Source: Candidatus Latescibacterota bacterium
Lineage (GTDB): Bacteria; Latescibacterota; UBA2968; GCA-2709665
Length of the DNA: 44,242 nt
Direction: 5' to 3'
NCBI GenBank assembly: GCA_963662665.2
Contig: CAXXJS010000043.1
Span: 1 to 44,242 of the forward strand
The translations under genes and the position numbers were made by a program. Below the pieces are notes generated by a model, which did no database searches, had not been told where the DNA came from, and worked only from the letters and a program-made list of their open reading frames with translations. Positions 37,048 to 44,242 of the stretch are shown here, in pieces (the first letter of the stretch is position 1; each line of letters opens with the position of its first letter).

Positions 37048-37350
37048 TTGACTCGTCTGGGACGGTTGGGTACCGCTTTCAATAACATCACGGACGTGGC
37101 CTCGCTGTCAGTTCTGACGAGGTTGGAATGAGTCGCTCTTGCCGATAACAGCATCTCCGACCTCGCGCCGCTGGTTTCAAACACGGTAATGGGTGTCGGG
37201 AATCAGGTTGAAGTCGAGAACAACCCCCTGAGCGCCACGTCGATAAACGAACACATTGCGGCGCTTCAGCGTAGAGGAGTCGATGTGTCATTTGGCGCAT
37301 CCAAGCTGGCTGTAAGCAAGAAGCGAAGTAATGCAGTGATGGAGAGATAC
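37048..37350 (+). pseudogene. Internalin-like leucine-rich-repeat protein C-terminal fragment
   Basis: NNITDVASLSVLTRLE*VALADNSISDLAPLVSN...NNPLS...RGVDVSFG. In-frame TGA at 37129-37131 and no 5' end. Confidence 0.75.
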
Positions 37351-37397
37351 AGGACTGGGTCTGCCAGAAGCTGGCTTTTTCAATTATCCCTGGCGCG

Positions 37398-38340
37398 AAC
37401 AAGATTCAACGCTCAAATCTGGACGGATCGGGTGTCGAAGACCTGGTCACCAGCGGTGCGAACAGTCCCACCGGGATCGCACTCGATGTATCCGGCGGCA
37501 AGATGTACTGGACGGACCGGCGCTCCGACAAAATCCAGCGGTCCAACCTGGATGGATCAGCGGTGGAAGACCTGATTACCAGCGGCCTGCATAGCCCGAA
37601 TGGACTGGCGTTGGACGTATCCGGCGGCAAGACGTACTGGGCCGACGCCGGTACGAACAAGGTTCAGCGCGCCATCCTGGACGGCTCCGGCGTGGAAGAC
37701 CTGGTAACCGGCGCCGTCGTCCGCCGGCACCTACTACTACGGCGCCTGTGTGGATGCGGTATCGGGTAAGTCCGACACCGGAAACAACTGCTCTGCCGCG
37801 GTAAGCATAACGGTCGCGACGGTGACGCCACCCGCCACGGGAACGTCGAAACTGTACTGGTCGGACTGGGGCACGGACAAGATTCAGTCCGCCGACCTGG
37901 ACGGTTCAAACGTCGAGGACCTGATTACCAGCGGCCTGAGCGTGCCGTACGGTCTGGCGCTCGACGTGTCCGGGGGCAAGATGTACTGGACGGACCGGCA
38001 AAACGGCAAGATTCAACGCGCGGACCTGGACGGTTCCAACGTCGAAGACCTCCTCACCAGCGCCGACGGGCTTGTGGATCCATCCGGACTGGCCGTTCGC
38101 GCCGGCAGCAGCAGCGGCGGAACCTACGGCGTCGGCGACGCACTTCCGAATTTTCCCACCGGCTTCTTTGTTCCCCGGCTTCTTCGGAATGCAAACCTCA
38201 CGATAAGCGGCGGGCGCGCGGTACTCAGCTTCCAGAACGGCGGCCTGATCGAACTTCAGAATGGCACCCGATATACCTGCGTCGCCGCCGGTGGATGCGC
38301 CATCGAGGGCGGACGCGTCACCAGGGGCACCTTTGAATAG
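37398..38340 (+). pseudogene. YWTD (LDL-receptor class B) repeat / CARDB-like protein remnant
   Basis: NKIQRSNLDGSGVEDL...KMYWTD repeats. Out-of-frame join near 37711 to APSSAGTYYYGACVDAVSG...NNCS, then more YWTD repeats. No start codon or signal peptide. Confidence 0.7.
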
Positions 38341-38353
38341 GGGTAGCTGACTT

Positions 38354-39847
38354 ATGAAACGGCCATTTACGAATCGGCAATTCGCCTTTTTGTCACTGGT
38401 TGCCGCCTTGATCGTTTTCACCGTGCCGGCTCCGGGCTACGCCCAGGTTCCCGTACCCGCCGTGCAGGAGTCGATCACCGTGTCGACGTCAAGCCCGTTG
38501 ACAGAGGAGATTCTGGATGGGAGCGTGGTGACCGTGACGCTTGCCGGGCGTACATTCGAGCAGTCCATCTTCTCCATCCGTCGGGCGGTGTCGGTCTCGG
38601 GAATTGCGGGCGTGAGCGTGGGCACGTTCGGTATCCGGCGCGTCAACGACACGAAGGTGACGGTTGAACTGACGTTCAACGGCGATATCGACAGCGACGG
38701 TACGTTGACGTTTACGGTGGGCGCGATCGCGAACTACAGCGGCGAACCACTCGTTGCGACATTGCCGGTTGCCGCCGAGGCTAGCGGCGGAACCAATCAG
38801 GTTCCCACGTTCAGCGAAGGCGCCAGCGCAACGCGCAGCTTTGCCGAGAACACCGGCGCGGGACAGAACATAGGCAATCCGGCGACCGCGTCGGATAACG
38901 ACGGCGGTACGCTGACGTACAGCCTTGAGGGTACGGATTCGGCGAGTTTCGCCATCGTCTCAACCAGCGGTCAGTTGCAGACCGGATCGGGCGTCGCCTA
39001 CGACTACGAGGTAAAGAACCGCTATGACGTGACGGTGCGGGCGTCCGACGGACAGGGCGGCAGCGTTACCATTCACGTGACCATTGACCTGACGGATGTG
39101 AGCGAACCTCCGGTAACGTCGGCGCCGCAACTGTATTGGAATCACGTCAATTACAAAATCCAAAGCGCCAACCTGGATGGATCAAACGTAAAAGACGTGT
39201 TGGTCACCGGCCCTAGCGGACAGAGCGCCTCGTGGGGGCTGGCGCTGGACGTGGGGAACGGCAAGCTGTACTGGACGGACTGGGGCGCCGACAAGATTCA
39301 ACGCGCGAATCTGGACGGTTCGAACGTTGAAGACCTGGTCGCCAGCGGTCTGGGCCGCCCAAGCGGGCTGGCGCTGGACGTGGGGAACGGCAAGATGTAC
39401 TGGATGGATCGGGAGACGTCCAGGATTCAACGCGCGGACCTGAGCGGCTCGAACGTGGAAGACCTGGTCACCAGCGGTATAAACGAGCCGGTCGCGCTGG
39501 CGCTGGACGTGGGGAACGGCAAGATGTACTGGACGGACTGGACCGCCGACAAGATCCAGCGCGCGGGCCTGGACGGCTCGAACGTTGAGGACCTGGTTAC
39601 CAGCGCCGACGGACTGGACAGGCCATTCTGGCTGGTTCTGGCGGTCCCGGCGACTGCCACACCTCCAGCGCCGCAGGGACAGAAGACGGCCGATTTCAAC
39701 GGCGACGGCATCGTAAATTTCGCCGATTTCTTCGATTTCGTGGACGCCTTCGGCACCACTGACGCCCAATATGACCTGGACGACAACGGCATCGTAAATT
39801 TCGCCGATTTCTTTGAGTTCGTGGATGCATTCGGGACGTCGGGATAG
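38354..39847 (+). CDS. Secreted protein: cadherin-like domain, YWTD repeats, dockerin/EF-hand-like tail
   Basis: Signal peptide. NQVPTF...FAEN...ASDND...YDYE...VRASDG (cadherin). YWTD repeats. ADFNGDGIVNFADF...YDLDDNGIVNFADF. Confidence 0.88.
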   Translation: MKRPFTNRQFAFLSLVAALIVFTVPAPGYAQVPVPAVQESITVSTSSPLTEEILDGSVVTVTLAGRTFEQSIFSIRRAVSVSGIAGVSVGTFGIRRVNDTKVTVELTFNGDIDSDGTLTFTVGAIANYSGEPLVATLPVAAEASGGTNQVPTFSEGASATRSFAENTGAGQNIGNPATASDNDGGTLTYSLEGTDSASFAIVSTSGQLQTGSGVAYDYEVKNRYDVTVRASDGQGGSVTIHVTIDLTDVSEPPVTSAPQLYWNHVNYKIQSANLDGSNVKDVLVTGPSGQSASWGLALDVGNGKLYWTDWGADKIQRANLDGSNVEDLVASGLGRPSGLALDVGNGKMYWMDRETSRIQRADLSGSNVEDLVTSGINEPVALALDVGNGKMYWTDWTADKIQRAGLDGSNVEDLVTSADGLDRPFWLVLAVPATATPPAPQGQKTADFNGDGIVNFADFFDFVDAFGTTDAQYDLDDNGIVNFADFFEFVDAFGTSG

Positions 39848-39946
39848 GGGGGTGCAGATCACGGATGTTGATCGGTTGAACTCTCTCCTCCGAGCGAAGT
39901 CGAAGATCGCCTGCCAAAGCGAGGTCGTTGCCGGTGCTGCTTGCGT

Positions 39947-40006
39947 TGAGCCTGTCGACCTACCCGCAGGACGCGAATCCCTTGCCGACCCTTCGACAAG
40001 TTCAGG
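39947..40006. repeat. REP-like repeat
   Basis: TGAGCCTGTCGA ... CCCTTCGACAAGTTCAGG inverted pair. Confidence 0.55.
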
Positions 40007-40167
40007 GTGCGCGCCGGGGCGCAGCGTCCATCGGTGAATGCTGCCGCGTCAATCGGGTAGGGATGTGCCGCGCTTTGAGAGACCCGGCGACTGTCCACCT
40101 GGTTCCCGCCGGCCAGTCCCGGGCACACAACAATCGCGAGCGAAAGCCGGCTTACGTTGAGGCACGT

Positions 40168-41496
40168 ATGTCCCCCCGGAATCTCTGTTCTCCGATCCGT
40201 TATTCTCACCTTTCTCGTTGTCACATTATTGTCTTCTGGCGCCTTTGCCTCTACCTTGGAATTCGAACCGGCGCATGCCTGCCAGGCGCCGGACCATGAA
40301 CAGTTAGAGCACGAATTGGCCGCCGGTCCGGCATCCAAGTGGCCCGCGTCGTCGGACTCGAGCCAGACGCGTTCTGTGCGGTTGATCTACTTCCTGCCCA
40401 ACGACCGCACGTTCAACCCGGACATGGTCGATTCGATGAAGGCCAGGATTCTCAGGATCCGGACCTTCTTCCGCGACCAGATACAGTCGAACGGCAAAGG
40501 CAGCAAGACCTTCGAGAATGAGACCGACGCCCGGGGCGCCCCGGTTGTACACCGTGTAGACGCGTCGTACTTTGATGACAGCTATCTCCGCTCGTACCGG
40601 ATCGTGGGCGTGGGAAACGTATTCAGGGACCTGAGACCGACGTTTGTTACCACCAGGAACATATTCTTCATTGTCGTTGACCACAGCACCTACGACAACC
40701 TGGGTTGGGGAAACGTGGCAGGGTTCGGCGGCCGGTGGGCGGACAACCGCGGTTACGCGTTGCTGCCCGCCAGTTTCATCGTTGAGACGGCCGCTCATGA
40801 ACTCGGTCATGCATTCGGCTTGCAGCACGATTTCAACGATGGCGCCAATATCATGTCGTATGGCCCGAGATGGAACAGGCTGGCGGCGTGCAGCGCCGGC
40901 CTGCTGTCGGTTCATCCCTATTTTCAATCCTACAATTCCGATCAAGGGATTTCAGCATGGATACGACCTGGGGGAATTCAACTCGCCCGGCGTCGAGTTG
41001 ATCTCACCGCTGAGATATCCAGCCGGCGCAAAGAGCTTCTCGGTTCAGTCCAGAGGTCATCTGGCGTTGAACGTCCGTATAAGGGTTTAGAAATCAGCTT
41101 ATCCAGGGCTGCACACACCAGGGTTTCGTCCATCAAAACAGATTCGGTGATGGAAGACCTCGACGTCAACGCGTATGCCCTGCCCACAGGGTTCGCAAGA
41201 TACGTGACTCACTGGTTCGACGGAGTTTCTATGGGCCTTTTTCGGACGCAGCCGCACAGCCTGTGTAAAATGTCGAGCCCGTGACCTTCACTGCCATCGG
41301 CACAGCTCACGCCGACTTCGACGGCGACGGGACGGTCGGTTTCGGCGACTTTGTGCTGTTCGCCTCCGAGTTCGGTCGAAGTCAAGGCGACTCGGATTTT
41401 GACGCTCGATTCGATCTGGACTGCAACGGCGCGATCGGGTTCAGCGACATTCTGATCTTTGCCCGCGCGTTGGGAGGCAACACGTCGTCCGGTTGA
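40168..41496 (+). pseudogene. Secreted zinc metalloprotease (metzincin-like) with dockerin-like tail, frameshifted
   Basis: HELGHAFGLQHD plus Met-turn NIMSY. Apparent +1 shifts in C6 (40172-40177) and T4 (40921-40924). Orphan VTFTAIG...ADFDGDGTVGFGDF tail at 41281-41496. Confidence 0.7.
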
Positions 41497-41596
41497 CGAT
41501 CTGCCGGGTCTCGTATTTTGCGCTTTTTCAAAAGGTTGTTGACGCTGGCCCTGCTATTCCCGCCCGGCAATTCAACTCAAGTCGACTGCCTGAAAG

Positions 41597-41742
41597 ATGC
41601 CTTGGAGCGGGTAGAAATCTTCAGGGCTGGCGCACAGTCGCGTTCGAATTTGGAACAAACGAAAGAAATTCATGAAAAAATCATCGCCAAGGCGTTCGAA
41701 TTCAGAGTTAGTTCAGTGTTTTTTTGTTATCTTCACAGTACA
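41597..41742 (+). repeat. Conserved intergenic element, copy 2
   Basis: Matches 36851-37020. Confidence 0.6.
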
Positions 41743-42094
41743 GGTTTACCACAAGGCCCAATTGCGACCTGCAAACGCGTTAGGTATTCCGAAGGGAGCT
41801 ACACGAAAACTGCACGCGAGCGTCGGATGTGGCTCTCCGTTGCAGTTGCTTAAATCTACCCGATTGCGGACGTGGAAATGAATCAATCCTGCAGCCACAC
41901 CTGGACACCGCCCAAATCGTAGACGAAAACCGAAGACTGTCCAATGACGGGATCTTCAACCGGCTTGGCAGGCAGACTTCCATTGACACGTGAATTCGAA
42001 GTTCCGGATCGAAGCGACAACCCGATTTCTCAGAAAGAGGACAACCCGCCGCAATAACTTTAATACGCCCGTACTTGCGGGAAGGAGAACCGTT

Positions 42095-43933
42095 ATGATG
42101 AAGGCTCGAACATTGCTCACTTCGGCGTCCATGATTCCCGTTGTCGGCCTGTTCGTATTATCCGGTGTCGTTTCCAATACGCCTCCGGCACTGGCGAATT
42201 GTCAAATCCCCGCCGGCGCGACGCCTCCTGTGGCACCGCAAACAACGGCCCAACAAGTGGAAGACGGCAGCGCCACCCTTAAGGACTTCACGCTGGCCGC
42301 GAGAGATCACTTCAAGTTCGGACCTACGACTCCGGAAGATTCGTTTTACTTTGGGTGTCTCGTCAGGCAGGAGGGGAGCCATTGGCGTTCCGGTTCCACG
42401 TACATCGTGTCTCTGCTGGCCGACGGCAGGGTGTTCGTTCACGCAAAGGATATGGCATTGTCGGGCAGGTTGCTCAATCCCGTGATCTATGGATCGATCC
42501 TTTCTGCTTTGGGAGTATCCCTGACCGACCTGGCCAATCTGGCCTCTCCCGATCCAGCTACCCAAGCCCAGGCTTTCGGCGCCCTAATGGGCACATTGAT
42601 GCAGGAACCGGATGCGCCATTCGATGCGACCACCCCTATTCCAGGTCTAAGTCCGGGTATACCAGGCGCCTCCGGCTATTCCGCCGTATATCTCTCTGGC
42701 AATTTCCGAGTCCCGGTAATAATGCTCGTCGGATTCGATCTCGATGAATCTCACCTGGCTGAAGAAGACATCGATTACGGCGCCCCCGCCATATCCGCCG
42801 AGGACGTGGTGGACCGGGGAAGTTTGAAGGCCTTCGTCACGCAGGCGGGGGAGTTCATTCTCGAACTCCAGAAAAGCGGCGATTTCGCCGCTTCCTCCAA
42901 ACTCAGGATCGCCTTGAGGGACCCGGACGGGCCCTGGAGACACGGTTCCGTGTACCTCTACGTCCTGGATCTCACCAGCAACATCATTCTGTTCCACGGC
43001 GCGTTTCCGGACAGATTCGAATTACGGCCTCTGATAGCCACCGTCCGTGACGCTGTTACCGGAGAGCTTGTTTTGCCGTTGGTCATCGAGGCGGCGAAGA
43101 GTAGCCCGGAAGGCGGCTTCGTGGAGTATTACTTCGACGACCCCACTGACGATACGGACGGCGCCGATATCCCCAAGGTGGGCTACGCCCGCGAGTACAA
43201 AGGTGAATTCGATGCTGGCGGACGTGTAGTAACCCTCGACTTTATCGTCGGGTCGGGGTTCTACGGGCGCGCGGCCGACGTCGGGACGGATCCCGGTACG
43301 GATGTGGAGGCCACGGTGCTGGGCGACGCGGTGGAGGGATTGAACGTGGCGTTTTCGCGCGCCATTGCCGGCCGACAGTCCGAATATGCCTGGAGCGCAG
43401 TTACCGATGCCGCCGGCCTGTTGTCCCTGACCATTTCCAGCGAGGATGGCGTGAGTGGCTACTATCGGGCCCGGGCCACCAACGCCGATGGCGAGGTTGT
43501 TGGTCAATGGAGCAGCATACCGCTGAACGAAGGCCGCCGCCAGGTCCTGGAACTGACGCTGGGCGGGGGTGCGAGGGTCGTACGGGTCGCATCGCTGGCT
43601 ACAGCCGAGCGGGTGGCCGCTGCCAAGCCGGCATTCGCGGCTGAGGTTGTGCCGGAAGCCGGCGGTCTGGCGCCCAATTCGCCCAACCCGTTCAACAGCG
43701 CCACGCTGATCACCTACCACCTGTCCGGCGCGGGTCCTGTGAAGCTGGTGATCTACAACGTTCTGGGCCAGCCCGTAAGGACGCTGGTGGATGAGTCCCG
43801 CGCCGCGGGCAGCTACCAGGTGACGTGGGATGCGCGCGACGACGGAGGCTTGTTGCTGTCGACGGGAGTGTATATCGCACGGCTGACCTATCCTGGCGGC
43901 GCGCAGACGCAGCGATTGCTATACCTCAAATAG
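42095..43933 (+). CDS. Secreted Cache-domain-like protein with T9SS-CTD/FlgD-Ig C-terminus
   Basis: AAGGAG RBS and signal peptide. Two repeats (WRSGSTYI / WRHGSVYLYV). GGFVEYYFDDP...KVGYA...IVGSGFY. NSPNPFNSAT...IYNVLGQ...WDARD...TGVY. Confidence 0.8.
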   Translation: MMKARTLLTSASMIPVVGLFVLSGVVSNTPPALANCQIPAGATPPVAPQTTAQQVEDGSATLKDFTLAARDHFKFGPTTPEDSFYFGCLVRQEGSHWRSGSTYIVSLLADGRVFVHAKDMALSGRLLNPVIYGSILSALGVSLTDLANLASPDPATQAQAFGALMGTLMQEPDAPFDATTPIPGLSPGIPGASGYSAVYLSGNFRVPVIMLVGFDLDESHLAEEDIDYGAPAISAEDVVDRGSLKAFVTQAGEFILELQKSGDFAASSKLRIALRDPDGPWRHGSVYLYVLDLTSNIILFHGAFPDRFELRPLIATVRDAVTGELVLPLVIEAAKSSPEGGFVEYYFDDPTDDTDGADIPKVGYAREYKGEFDAGGRVVTLDFIVGSGFYGRAADVGTDPGTDVEATVLGDAVEGLNVAFSRAIAGRQSEYAWSAVTDAAGLLSLTISSEDGVSGYYRARATNADGEVVGQWSSIPLNEGRRQVLELTLGGGARVVRVASLATAERVAAAKPAFAAEVVPEAGGLAPNSPNPFNSATLITYHLSGAGPVKLVIYNVLGQPVRTLVDESRAAGSYQVTWDARDDGGLLLSTGVYIARLTYPGGAQTQRLLYLK

Positions 43934-43966
43934 CGCCGAACGGTCAGGCAGGAAACATCGTTCCTG

Positions 43967-44030
43967 GAACCCGTCCGGAAACACCCGGTGAGCCCTGTAC
44001 GCGAGGCCTTCGGGGTTTTCGGACGGGTTC
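43967..44030. repeat. Long inverted repeat / hairpin downstream of the last gene
   Basis: GAACCCGTCCGGAAAC ... GTTTTCGGACGGGTTC (16-bp stem with one G-T). Confidence 0.55.
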
Positions 44031-44242
44031 TATTCGTAACAACCAGAAACCTCTACTGGCGCGAAATGCGACACAATTGAGACCCATTCAACAGGTTAAA
44101 GAAGCACGTTCCGAAATGAAGGCAATGACAACAAAGTGATTACAAACGGGTTTTTTAATTGCGTAACCGGTGAATTTTAATTAATATCCCGAATTGAATG
44201 ACCGGTCCTGGCCGATGGACCGGCTTCTCAGATAGAATGACA

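Noticed and set aside
37129-37131. In-frame TGA as selenocysteine or recoded Trp
   Set aside because: It lies in a headless LRR fragment at a non-catalytic position, and TGA serves as a normal stop for many genes here.

Overview
GC-rich bacterial window. Its gene content (secreted WD40, YWTD and LRR proteins with dockerin/EF-hand-like tails, PhyH dioxygenase, and a TonB receptor + CTD protein + PorV-like trio) suggests an FCB-related, possibly sponge-associated lineage such as Latescibacterota or Gemmatimonadota; this is inference only. Left part: hydrolase 3' end, metallophosphoesterase-GmhB fusion, degenerate transglycosylase, and a 1368-aa secreted double-WD40 protein flanked by two copies of a ~150-bp element. 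Each copy carries a near-consensus sigma70 promoter driving an apparently non-coding, C-rich-loop hairpin RNA on the minus strand. Middle: CbiX/Moco-oxidoreductase-like fusion, heparinase II/III-like protein, rimO-folA-thyA with a rod-shaped structured element at the folA/thyA junction, rpmB with a structured leader, a FolC-ATP-grasp fusion, and a co-directional catabolic run (PhyH, metallophosphoesterase fusions, SDR, enolase superfamily, VOC, M24, ceramidase-like). Right: a SusD-less TBDR/CTD-protein/PorV module, then partly decayed, domain-shuffled eukaryote-like secreted proteins and a Cache-domain/FlgD-Ig protein. No rRNA, tRNA, CRISPR array or intact transposase was seen. All calls are by-eye motif recognition; no searches were run.
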